DNA of 64,000 bases from Neocallimastix sp. 'constans' (taxonomy: Eukaryota). Each line of letters starts with the position of its first letter. Position 1 is the first letter of the stretch. Of this stretch, positions 1-21,991 are shown in pieces. The notes under the pieces are model-generated. The model was given only the letters and a program-made list of their open reading frames with translations, was not told where the DNA came from and searched no databases. The stretch is from positions 496,001 through 560,000 of the forward strand of contig JBODTK010000014.1 in NCBI GenBank assembly GCA_050613775.1. The letters run 5' to 3'. The position numbers and the translations under genes are program-made.

Positions 1-316
1 CCAACATGCTGCCCTTGTTGTGGTGAGAGGCAACAGTATGCCTAGGTTTTTTTTTTTACACATTAGGATACTTTGATGCTCAAAAAAATTTATTTGAATT
101 TGAATTTGAATTATTTCATTTAATTGTTCATAAGAAATCTTTGAACATTCCTGATGATAATATGAATTTTTTATAAGTACTTGTGCCTTCTTCTTGGACG
201 GAAATACAGTGTATTGAAATCTTTAAAGATTGGCCCAAAAGGGGAAAGAAAAAACATTATTATTAATCGTATCATTCCATCTACCTTTCACCTTCCAGAG
301 GGAGTCTTTTTTCCCG

Positions 317-347
<31 letters not shown>

Positions 348-609
348 ATATTTATTTATATTTTTTTATATTTATTTATTTATTTATTTAGATACTTAAT
401 TATTTAATTATTTATTTTTTTAGATACTTATTTATCAATTTATTTATCAATTTATTTATTTATGTTTAAATATTAAAATAAATAAATAAAAAAAATTTTC
501 AATGATTATAATAAATATTGTTTCTAAAAAATAATATATAATAAGTAAATATTATTATTCATTTATTTTATTGTCTTTTCTTTTCTTTATATATATATAT
601 ATAAAGTAA

Positions 610-642
<33 letters not shown>

Positions 643-922
643 TGAAATTACCCTTTTAATAGAAATTTAAAACATATTATCTGTAATATGCTTTAAATTT
701 CTATTATTATTAAATAGGTTAGAGTTTATTATTATGATGATGATAACGATGATGATATAATATATATATTATTAATAAATTTTAAATTTTTTTTATGATA
801 TAAAAATTAAAATATATAAATATATGGTGTTATATATTTTAATTTTTATATTTATATATTTAATTTTAATTTTAATTTTTATTTTTAATTTTTATTATTA
901 TTTTATTTTTTAATGTTTAAAT

Positions 923-10733
<9,811 letters not shown>

Positions 10734-10878
10734 TTTTAAATATGAATATATATTTTTATCTGTTATATATTCTATTAAAGAAGTGAGGTGAAATTGGAAA
10801 AAAAAAAGTATAAAATAATAAAAAATAAAGTAAAAAATAAAAAAAAAACCCTTTTATAATATATAATATATTTTATTT

Positions 10879-10919
<41 letters not shown>

Positions 10920-11305
10920 TTATTAATATTCTTGTATTCTTGTTACTTCTTTTCTCTTTTTATTTTTTTTATTTTTTATGATTTTTTTTTTTTTTATTTG
11001 TATGATTTGTATGCAATGTCCATAAAATATAATAAATTGTTATAATGGTCTAGATTAATATATCAATTTTGTTTATGATCCACCAAATGTTTTTTTTTTT
11101 AATTTTTAATATTTCATATTTAAAAATAATATAATAATAACATTAATAATTAAAATATTTTTAATAATAATAATTAATTAATAATAATCAATTAATTAAT
11201 AAATTATTAATTATGATATATATTTAAATTTTGAATTTTTATGTATTACATATTTTTATGTATGTACACTTTAATTTATTATTTATTAAATTTATTAAAT
11301 TAATC

Positions 11306-11336
<31 letters not shown>

Positions 11337-13404
11337 CATTAGTGAGAAAAAAAAAAAAAAGAGTTATTAATAATTATTAATACTTAATTATCAAAATTCA
11401 AATAGAAATGAAATAAATTAAAGTAAAAAATCATTATAAATTCAAATGATAATATTAAAATAATATCAAATAAAATTTTTATGTAATAAAATAAAATAGA
11501 ATTTACAGTTTTAGAGGATATAAAATCTTTATTGAATTCCCCAAATTAAATATGTAATTAATTATTACTATTAATTATGATTTATGATTTATGATCATGT
11601 CCATGACCATTACTATTAGATTTTAATTCTTTTGTTTTTTATTTTATTTTATTAATTTTTTTTTGTTCAAATATGTTAATTATTATTATTATTATTATTA
11701 TTTTTTTTTTAAAAAAAAAAATTAATCATTTCCTATTTAAATAGTCAGTTATATCTAATATCATATAATATAAATAGTTTTTTTTTTTTCTTAATTTTTA
11801 ATAATTTTAAATTGTCACACATACTCGATAATAATTATTTTAATTAAAAATAAACTAAACTTTTTTTATTTTTTTTATTTTTTATTTTTTTTACTTTTTT
11901 ATACATGTAATTATTTATTTTTTTATTTTATTTATTAATTAATTTTGCTTTTTTCTGATTTACTATTTCAATAATAATATATTATAATTACTTATCTTTA
12001 ATATTCTTTAAAAAAAAAAAAATTAAAAAAAAAAAAAAAAAAAAATAAAATAAATTTCGCATGGCTAATTATATTTCTTTAAATAATAATTTTTTTTTTT
12101 TTTTTAAAAAAATTATATATACATATATACATATTAATATATTTTTTTATGGTCATATCTGATTCTAAGGGGAAAAAATATTTTTCTTTTATTTATTTTG
12201 TATATATATAATCAATAATATCAATAATAATCTTTTTTTTTATTAAACTTCTTTTATATATTTTTTATATATTTAACTTTATATAATATTTATTTAAAAA
12301 TTTCTTTATTTATTGTTAATATATCATATTTTTATATTATTTTATCAAACATATAAAAATTATAAAAATATTGGAAAAAAAAATTTTTTTTAAAACAAAA
12401 AAAAATTGGTATTAATAAAAAAAAATTTGGTATTAATAAAAAAAAAAAAATAAAATAGAAAATACTAATTAAACTTAAAATGATATTAAATAAAAATAAA
12501 AAAAAAAGATTAATAAAATAAAGCTTAAAAATGATATAAAAAATAAAATTAGAAATAATAAATAATATTTAAAATAAAATTGATCTTTTTAATAAAAAAA
12601 AAAAAAAAAAAATTAAAATATATAATATCAAAATTGTCATAAATATTATAGTAACATTGATTATATTTAAAATATAATTGATTATGTCGTAATTAATTCA
12701 AGAGAAAAAGAATTACATTCTTAAAACCTCAGATTTCTATTATAATTATTTTAATAAAATATATTGAAAGTAACTCTATTTATAATATTAATAAAATATT
12801 TATATTAGTACTACTAAATAAATAAATTCAAAAAAAAAAAAAAAAAATTATTAATTTGATATAATAATTCAACTTTTTATTATATTTTTTTATAAAAAAA
12901 AAAAAAAATAAATAAATATTATTAATTTAATATAATAATACAACTTTTTGTTATTTTTTTTTATAAAAAAAAAATAACATTACATTATTATTCTAAATAT
13001 ATATGAATAAATTATGCTTACTTGTTAATTTAATTGATAATAGAAGTATACATATATATATTAAGTTACTAATATAACTACTTAATTTGAAAAAAAAATA
13101 TTAATTTTTGGGTGTTGTTTTAGAATTAAAATTAAAGAAAATTAATATATATATATATAAATATATATATTATTTCACAATAAACATAGTTTAATAATTC
13201 ATTAAAATTTTTTTTTTCTTTTTTAAATACACATCAAAATAATATTTTAATAAACATTTTACAACTACTTTAAAATATTATAATTTCAGTGTAATATAAA
13301 ACATTAATTATTATTGATATAATATAATAATATAATAAAAAAAAAAAAAATAAAAATAAAAATATCAATTTATCTCATAAATAAATATTTAAGATAAAAT
13401 ATTT

Positions 13405-14789
13405 TATTTATTATTTATTACTTAATTATTTATTATTCCATCATTCATCATTCATTATTCATTACTTTATTATTTATTATTCTATTATTTTTATTTATTT
13501 ATTATTTATTAATTATTTATTATTCCATCATTCATTATTTTTACTTAATTATTTATTATTCCATCATTCATTATTTATTACTTAATTATTTATTATTCAA
13601 TCATTCATTATTTATTTATTATTTATTTTTTAATTATTTATTATTCCATCATTCATTATTTATTATTTATTTTTTATTATTATTCCATCATTCATTATTA
13701 TTTATTATTTATTACTTAATTATTTATTATTCCATCATACATTATTTATTATTTATTTATTATTTATTAATTATTTATTATACCATCATTCAATATTTAT
13801 TTATCATTATTATTTATTATTTATTATTTATTACTTAATCATTTATTATTCCATCATTCATTGTTTATTTATTATTTATTTTTTATTATTTATTATTCCA
13901 TCATTCATTGTTTATTTATTATTTATTTCTTAATTATTTATTATTCCATCATTCACTATTTATTATTTATTTATTATTAATTTTTTATTATTTATTACTT
14001 CATCATTCATTATTATTTATTATTTATTACTTAATTATTTATTATTCCATCATACATTATTTATAATTTATTTATTATTTATTACTTAATTATTTATTAT
14101 ACCATCATCCATTATTTATTTATTATTATTATTTATTATTCATTATTTATTACTTAATCATTTATTATTCCATCATTCATTATTTATTATTTATTTATTA
14201 TCTATTGCTTGATTATTTATTATTTCATCATTTATTATTTATTTATTTATTTATTATTTAATTATTTGGTTATTCTATCATTCATTATTATTTATTATTT
14301 ATTACTTAATTATTTATTATTCCATCATTTATTATTTATTATTTATTTATTATTTATTTCTTAAATATTTATTATTCTATCATTCATTATTTATTATTTA
14401 TTTATTATTTATTACTTAATTATTTATTATTCCATCATTCATTATTATTTATTATTTATTACTTAATTATTTATTATTCTATCATACATTATTTATTATT
14501 TATTTATTATTTATTACTTAATTATTTATTATTTATTTATTATTTATTACTTAATTATTTATCATTCCATCATTTATTATTTATTATTTATTTATTATTT
14601 ATTTCTTAATTATTTATTATTCCATCATTCATTATTTATTATTTATTTATTATTTATTACTTAATTATTTATTATTCCATCATTCATTATTTATTTATCA
14701 TTATTATTTATTATTCATTATTATTTATTAGTTATTTATTACCTAATCATTTATTATTCCATCATTCATTATTTATTTATTATTTGTTA

Positions 14790-14790
<1 letters not shown>
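13405..14790. repeat. Degenerate minisatellite, about 35-55 bp units with core ACTTAATTATTTATTATTCCATCATTCATTATTT
   Basis: The TTCCATCATTCATT core recurs more than 20 times with variable TATT spacers. Boundaries are approximate. Confidence 0.9.
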
Positions 14791-14821
<31 letters not shown>

Positions 14822-15401
14822 CTTTTTACAGCTGAAATTATTACAACTTTAACCTTTATTTATTTATTTATTCATTTATTAATTACATGAATATTTTTTA
14901 TTTTTTTTTAAAATAAAAAAACAACACAGAATTAATTAAAAAAATAAATATTGGTCCAATTGGAACAAAATAATATTTTAAATAATAATGTGAAATAAAA
15001 AGTAATATTCAAAATAAAGTGCATAAATAAATTCGGAAAAAAGTTCATATGCAACGAACCTCACTTCCATATCACCTATTACGGATTAGGATTTGAATTA
15101 ACTATCTGAAAGAAATTATGGTTTACTCCTTCAGAGGCATTGGCCCTGCTTGTCCATCTTACTGCATTTTCAGCGTTGACGCTCCATTATTTATTGATAG
15201 AATATTTGAAATATATGAAATATGTATATTATATTTATAATATATTATATACATATTTCATATATTTCACATAAACGTAATGTAATTCAATTAATGTATA
15301 AGTCACAATATATTTGTCAAGTTTTATTTAACAGAAACATTATAACAATTAAAAAAAAAAAAAGACACTAAATAAAACGTTTACTTTTATAAAATTCTAC
15401 T

Positions 15402-15800
15402 ATGTTATTAACTATATAATATTGTCAATAACTAATACATCGATTTAAATAATAATAAAATTTATATGTATATTATTTCATAATTATATTATATTATTCC
15501 TATCTAATATACATATATTACTATTTATTTATAAACAAAATATTTATTAATAATTTTATTAAATAATAATTAACTATAACTATACAATAATCAAATCAAT
15601 AAACTTTCAAATTATTTACAATAATAATTAAATTCAGTAAGAGCTCATTTATTATCTATTTATTATAAATATAAACACTAATGTTTATATATTTACAATT
15701 CAAAACTATTTTTATAGACTATTTAAACTAATTTTAATTACTTAAAACTACTCCGAAATTAATTTTAAAGCATTTTAAACAAACAACTAAATTATCAAAG
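15402..15800 (-). mobile_element. Diverged partial copy of the LTR family seen at 30766-31522 and 57029-57531
   Basis: Shares GTCAATAACTAATACATCGATTTAA with the 30.8 kb copy, and ACTAATGTTTATATATTTACAATTCAAAACTATTTTT and TCCGAAATTAATTTTAAAG with both other copies. Termini not identified. Confidence 0.8.
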
Positions 15801-16175
15801 TTTCTGACTATTAACATTTATTATTTATTATTAAATAATTAATAAATAATAAATACTAAATAATTAATTATTATTTCAAATTGTTTGATTAAAAATAATA
15901 TATATTCAATATATTAAATAATAAAATATTTATTTAACAATTTTTTATTTTCTATCTATAATAGTTTCATTAGCTTTTTTTAAAATTTCAAAGTTTCAAT
16001 ATTGAAATTATTTTGATATTTTATTTCTATAATTTCTAATACATTTTATTATAAAAATTTACTATATTTTTAAAAATGAAATTTATATAGGAAAATATAT
16101 TATGATAAATTGTTTCCAATATTTTTTTTTTCTTATTTAGGTAGAATCAAAACTTGAGTTAGTATTCAAAAGTAA

Positions 16176-16430
16176 TTACCAGCATATTCCATGGTTATAG
16201 TCACATCCTTTCCCGCAATATTCTCTTGTCAAAACTTTGAATTCAGAAGGATTTACCATAACATTTCATGGTTATAGTCACAGCCGTTAATGCAATATTC
16301 CTTCGTTTTTCCACAGTAGACATGTTTGGAGCAACAGTAACCAATGACAGTTTTCACCATTAAGTTTATCACATTTGCTTGACATCTGTAGTATGGGTAC
16401 ATTTATGTTTGCTGTAGTAACCCATGTATG
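16176..16430 (-). pseudogene. Chitin-binding CBM18 (hevein-like) domain relic, frameshifted, with a duplicated 3' end
   Basis: Minus strand reads ..SSKCDKLNGENC / frameshift / GYCCSKHVYCGKTKEYCINGCDYNHEMLW* followed by a second EYCGKGCDYNHGICW*. The CCSxxxYCG....C..GC spacing matches CBM18. Confidence 0.75.
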
Positions 16431-16526
16431 TACCTTTTTTATCCATAAAACTTTTTCTATAGTAGTACTTTATAAATATTAATTAAATTTAAATATAAAT
16501 TTTATAATTTTAGTTAAGATATTTTT

Positions 16527-16562
<36 letters not shown>

Positions 16563-16895
16563 AAAGCTATAATTTAAATAATTTTAAAACTTTTAATTCT
16601 AAAATTTTTATAGTTGATTCTACAACTTTTTGAAAGATATTTTTATTTTTTTTTTTTTAATTTTAAAGAAATAATAACTTATAAAAAAAATTATTTATAA
16701 TATTAATTAGAATAGCATTTATTTCCAACCAAATATAATATAAATAATTAAATAATATTATATAATTAAACGACTATCAGTAGATACACACAAATATGTT
16801 AATGAGTAATTATAATATTATTTTTATTTATATTAAAGGGAACACCTACACATTAATTTATTAGTATATTTATGACTATTATTTTTTTTATTTCC

Positions 16896-17600
16896 GCTGT
16901 GTACCGTCTTTGGTTTCAACCTCCCTCTGGGGCAATAAGGAATATTGAGGTAGTCACATACTATCATATATGCAGTTATTGTCCCTTCAGGATATCCTTA
17001 GTGAGTGTTCAGCATTGACGCTCTGACATGCATATTATTAATGAGAATTTTTCTCATACGCTTTTTCTCGGAGTGCTTCTCAAGTTCCTAACCTTTTTGA
17101 AGCTAGGATAAAAAAGGTACTCTATTATTTAAAAAGCTTGAATTCGAACCAGATTCTATCCTGGTTATAAGTCCGTAGGCTAGCATACATAAGGCTCCTG
17201 GTTAGGGCCTGCCCTATGACCATTTTCCTGGTTTTCCTCAAAGAGGTTTTTACCGAATATGGGTTAGGGTTACTATAAAAATATATTCCTCTTATATATT
17301 TGAATAGATACTGAACTAAGTAAGAGGATAGGGTACATGATCTCATGTGTCCATGTAGATATATTTTGCTAAATATGAAATTTATATAATTGCCAGGAAG
17401 CTAATACGAAACTCTACGGGTTAGGTTATATTGTCCTCCCTTCGAAGAAGCACAAGGAGAAGTAATACTTGCAAAATTCTAAACAATAATATGCATGTCA
17501 GAGCACCAAAGATGAAACATTCCGTAAGGTGAAATATTTTCTGCTTCGTTGGTGGAGGTGGCAACAATTGTTTGTTTCTTGGAAGTCCAACATATTGGAC
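16896..17600 (-). ncRNA. Putative structured non-coding RNA (telomerase-RNA-like candidate); identity unproven
   Basis: GC-richer island. Long-range inverted repeat 16996-17051 / 17473-17529 with a perfect 20-bp core (17020-17039 / 17485-17504), extended by G-U pairs on the minus strand. Several internal hairpins. TAACCCTAACCC (minus, 17272-17261) follows directly after a hairpin (17307-17273). Confidence 0.35.
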
Positions 17601-19123
17601 TATTACCTATTAAAATAGTATTATTTTATGTAGAATTTCTCTCTTTTAATATTCTCTTTAATATTAAAAATTATAAAATGAAATATAACTAATTTATTTT
17701 TAAAATATATTTATTTTAAACAATAAATTAGGAATTATTTCTATATCGATATTATATAAATTACGTATGTATATATTATACATATTTATATGTATATTTG
17801 AAAAGAAATTTCTGAACCAATAGTTTTTGATACATATATCATAAATTTATCGTAGATAAGATTAGGTGAAATAATATATGTATTGTTAATGTTTTCCACT
17901 TTAATTCCACGAATAAAGTTATTGGTTCAGTTTTTTAAATTTTAAATTTTCCTTTTGATTAAAATAAAATTTTTAATTTTGTTCCCTGTGCTGACCTATC
18001 GTCAATGTATAATCCAATTATAATTAACTTTTTCTTCTCAAAATTAATCATAATATAATCATGTATAATTCCGAACCTACTATTCTTATATGTGAATAGC
18101 CTTCTTTATGCTAGTCTCTTCTTGAAAATTCCAACGAATTTTATTTTTCAGAAAAATAACCTTGGAGTACACTACCTGTAATTAAATAATTACTATTTAT
18201 AAACATAGTAACATTTAATGATATCCTATAACATACAATTCTAAGGAGAATTGTGGGATATCGAAGATTCTGATCACCAAAATTATTTTGCGGATATAAC
18301 ACCTTTTGTTAACTGTCCAGAAATAGAATTATATCAATACGGTTCTGCTTACGTTGAAGCTATAAACAACGAACCAATAATTCAAGAATTTATAGGAACA
18401 TTCGAATTTGTTTATAAAGACGAAACTTTAGGATTTTGGGAAATCCCACCGAATTGTAGTACTTTTGAACTTATTTGCTTAGGTTTAACCTCAATTTATA
18501 AATCGTTTAACGTACAAAAAGAACAAAGACTTCCTTATCAGCTAGATACACTTCTTGCTAACATAGCTATTGGAAATCTGAAAAATTTATAAATATTATA
18601 CAAATTGATAATAAATACATTAATCATCTATTAGAAGACAATATAAGCATCTCAAACGATAGTTTACTTACCTTGAGTCGCAAAAGCTCAAAGATGACTG
18701 AAGAAAATAAACAGAACGAATTAATCCCATTGCTGTCAAGCTTTGAGATTGTGGTCTACTCAAATAATCTTGAGGAAGAACGGAGAAATCCCTTTATCTA
18801 TGATAATAAACAAGGCACGCCTACCATTTCATACTTAGACGTAATAGATGGAGTCCAACATGAAGTCATTCCTACCACAGACCCTGAATGGATCGAAATT
18901 GAATCCATTGGTCAAGTAAACCAGTATTTGGTAGGACTACTAGGAGCTTGGAAAGGTTTTCAATTTAAAAATTTAAATATGAAGCCTTACAGGAGTTATA
19001 TGACAATGGAAACCCTCAAATAAAGAAATCAAAAGTTAGAAGTGTTAAACTCGATTACATATCTGCAGAACAAAGATTCTTCAGGGAACAATTAAGGGAA
19101 TAAACCAAAGTGGATCTACAAGT

Positions 19124-21991
19124 ATGAATGAAAAAATTAAAGAACTCAGAACGGAACTTAACCATAATGTATCCATCGCTGGAACTACAGATGTAAAAGT
19201 TATAGAACAAAATGAAGCTACTAAAATTCTCATGGACAAACAAGTACTCGAAGAAGAGAACAAACTTTCTGAATTCTTTAACGAGTTCGATACAAGAGCC
19301 TCACAATTTCAAAATGAAATCACTGGTCTCAGCCAAGAAAATAAGAAATTATTCGACATGATTCAATCGGTAGCCGGAACCGCCCTTACGAGTAAAGACT
19401 TGCAAGAAGTTGCTACCTTAAAAAATATCGATGAAATAAATAATAGGATTATGGAATACTATTCAAAATTAGAAAATACCAAAAGCACTATCCTTTCCTT
19501 GACTAAAGAAAGCTCAAAAGATCAAAGTAATGCTTTACTAACCTTATGTGGCAATTTAGAAAAAGGTTTGAACCAACATCAGAAGAAATTTGAATACTTT
19601 TTGAAAAACCTCCATGTCGACTATAATACATCTCTGGAATCAATTAAGGAAATTACGGTAAAAGCTATTGCAGATGCTAAACTCCCAGAAAAGATAGCTT
19701 TAACAACCAATTTGGATCACAAAACAAATAAAGCATTTAAAGATATAATTAAAAACATATCAGAGTTAGCATCTCAGTTTACCATCACATTGCAAGTATT
19801 TCAAAAACAAATGGAAGAATACAAGAACGACCGTAAAGAAGCAAACGGTGACATTTTAAAGGCTCTCGCTTTATGTAACGATACTATTAATTTTTATAAG
19901 AATTTCACTACAAGATATGAATCCTTCCCATCAGCCAAAGAAGGACAATTACTCTCTAAATTAATAACCAATGCTATTTATGATATTTTTGCTCGCATTG
20001 AAAACATTGTAACCCCAAGTACTACTGTTATCCCATCCAACATTAATAATAGAGAGATATTTAATTATAACCTTTATCTCGACACAATAACGAGATATCC
20101 AAAAACTGCTATTCTCTTTGACTTTAAAATGGATTCTAACAGTTTCATTTCTGACATATCTATCAAAAAGAAATTTGAAACTTATACTCATAATCTCCTG
20201 AATTATATATTTAATAAATACAATACGGCCGATGATCTTTCCTCTTTAATTAGTATGAAAACTGCTGATGTACTTAATTTACCTTATCGAAAATTTATCT
20301 CTTCTAAAAACAAAGATAAAGGAAAGAGTCCTGAACCAATAGTGGTTCCTCCACAGCCATTAGACATCCCTATGGCATCTTCTTCTAGCCCTAAAATCAT
20401 CAATCCACCAAGTATTTCGGATTCTGAGGAATTAGAACAATTAACTAAACAAAATACCAAGCTTAATGAAGCCGACTCCGTTAAATACTTCCCTAGTAGA
20501 GCGTTATATCGTGAATATAAAGTGGTTGATAGTAATGTTGCTGAATGGGTCAAATCTACCGCAGTCAAACTCAGTGCTAGTAATAGAAAGGTTTCTTTCC
20601 AAGTTCCGTATAAACTTACTTATTCGGATTCTTCTTCAGAGCAAGCCAAAGACCCTGCTACCTTTCAGAAGATTTTTAATATTAAAAAACCTATGTTTTC
20701 AGGAAACGTAGAGGATGCGGACGACTTTGTCTACCAATTCCACAATTACCTTCATCATTTCGCTCATCCTCCGAACGAAGAATATCTTTGCACTGCGTTC
20801 CTTTCCTGTCTTCCTTCTTCCCAAAGAAACTATTTTTACAATAAGTTTCTTCCTGCGAGGGGGGTAGGGTCTAGTAGAATATCTATTCCATTCAATGAAC
20901 TCTTAGCTCATTTCCAAACAAAATTCGCTACTTATTCAATAGACGAGGCCCAAAAACTATGGAACAATTTAAAACTAGAAAAGAACCACTTAGACGTTTT
21001 TGAAACTAAAATAAATAAAATATCTAAAATATTAAAAATATCAGATTACGCTAAAGGATTAAAAGTCTTTGAAATAATGCCAAAAAAGTGGCAAGAAGAA
21101 GCAATTAAAAAGAATATCTGCTTCGCGAACTTTTCAGACGATAACTTCGAGCCAATAATGCGTTTTGTTAACAAGATGGCCCTTGAAGAAAGAGTCTTAC
21201 AAGACCAAAGAACAGAATACTTACAGTTATCAGGTGTAAGAAGCCAAAATCAAGAAATCCCTAGAAATTTTGGTAAAACTTCTAGAAAGGGTAGTACTAG
21301 AAGAAAAAGCAAATCTACCAACAAGAATAATAAATTAACAGAATCTCAAACTAAAATTGATACAGATAGTAAAAATAAGTCGAAAAATACATCAAAGAAT
21401 AAGCCTGGCTATAAAGCATACAAAAGGCAAAATAAATATAAGAAAAATCGACAAATATCATATTTCAATACAGTTGAAGTACAAAATGAATCAGACTCAG
21501 ATGAATCTTCCATCCAAGAAGAAGATCCTAAAGATATAATGCAACAGCAATTACAAGAATTGTTAAAAACTAATAACGATCAATACTCCGCTCAAGAAAT
21601 AGAATGTGCAAACAAAGTTTCTCATAATTTTATTGATGAAATGTTTACTCCTGATCCTAAATATTTTACAGAAGGATTGGATCTACAAAAATTAGTGGAC
21701 AAACTTCAAGCGTCAGCCCCTTGGAAAATCACCAAATATGCTGAAGCATACCTAAATCCGGTTATAATCAGCGGAAGTAGTAAACAACCAATGATTAAAC
21801 TTTTAATGTTAATAGATTCAGGAGGATCGTTAAATCTTATTAGTAAAAAGCTAGTTGACCTATTGAAATTACCCTGCAAAGCCTCTTACCAAGAATTTTC
21901 GACAATAGCTGGCGAGGCCAAAGCAACTAAGAAAACCCTTATTTCGTTTTGTTGCAAATTAGCAGACAGAATTAAAGAAACTTCATCATAA
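19124..21991 (+). CDS. gag: Ty3/gypsy Gag plus N-terminal part of the aspartic protease (955-aa open stretch; the stop is probably a nonsense mutation)
   Basis: Coiled-coil-like N-terminal part, gag-like core, basic Lys-rich region, DSG protease motif. Reading continues in the same frame after TAA 21989-21991 (EFIKAVPQYSHFLIVKNLPFTII..) into ORF 22076. Confidence 0.8.
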   Translation: MNEKIKELRTELNHNVSIAGTTDVKVIEQNEATKILMDKQVLEEENKLSEFFNEFDTRASQFQNEITGLSQENKKLFDMIQSVAGTALTSKDLQEVATLKNIDEINNRIMEYYSKLENTKSTILSLTKESSKDQSNALLTLCGNLEKGLNQHQKKFEYFLKNLHVDYNTSLESIKEITVKAIADAKLPEKIALTTNLDHKTNKAFKDIIKNISELASQFTITLQVFQKQMEEYKNDRKEANGDILKALALCNDTINFYKNFTTRYESFPSAKEGQLLSKLITNAIYDIFARIENIVTPSTTVIPSNINNREIFNYNLYLDTITRYPKTAILFDFKMDSNSFISDISIKKKFETYTHNLLNYIFNKYNTADDLSSLISMKTADVLNLPYRKFISSKNKDKGKSPEPIVVPPQPLDIPMASSSSPKIINPPSISDSEELEQLTKQNTKLNEADSVKYFPSRALYREYKVVDSNVAEWVKSTAVKLSASNRKVSFQVPYKLTYSDSSSEQAKDPATFQKIFNIKKPMFSGNVEDADDFVYQFHNYLHHFAHPPNEEYLCTAFLSCLPSSQRNYFYNKFLPARGVGSSRISIPFNELLAHFQTKFATYSIDEAQKLWNNLKLEKNHLDVFETKINKISKILKISDYAKGLKVFEIMPKKWQEEAIKKNICFANFSDDNFEPIMRFVNKMALEERVLQDQRTEYLQLSGVRSQNQEIPRNFGKTSRKGSTRRKSKSTNKNNKLTESQTKIDTDSKNKSKNTSKNKPGYKAYKRQNKYKKNRQISYFNTVEVQNESDSDESSIQEEDPKDIMQQQLQELLKTNNDQYSAQEIECANKVSHNFIDEMFTPDPKYFTEGLDLQKLVDKLQASAPWKITKYAEAYLNPVIISGSSKQPMIKLLMLIDSGGSLNLISKKLVDLLKLPCKASYQEFSTIAGEAKATKKTLISFCCKLADRIKETSS

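Noticed and set aside
66..399. Open plus-strand frame at the window start (GYFDAQKNLFEF..EGVFFP; ORF 181..399)
   Set aside because: It could be an exon of a gene entering from the left, but there is no recognisable motif or downstream exon, so it cannot be supported.
17125..17346. 73-aa minus-strand ORF across the structured island
   Set aside because: Short with no motif; the NPNP stretch is just the telomere-like repeat. Base pairing explains the region better.
21989..21991. Programmed readthrough or TAA reassignment at the end of the 955-aa ORF
   Set aside because: The stop falls inside the protease domain, the element has other lesions, and host genes here end in TAA, so mutation is the simpler explanation.
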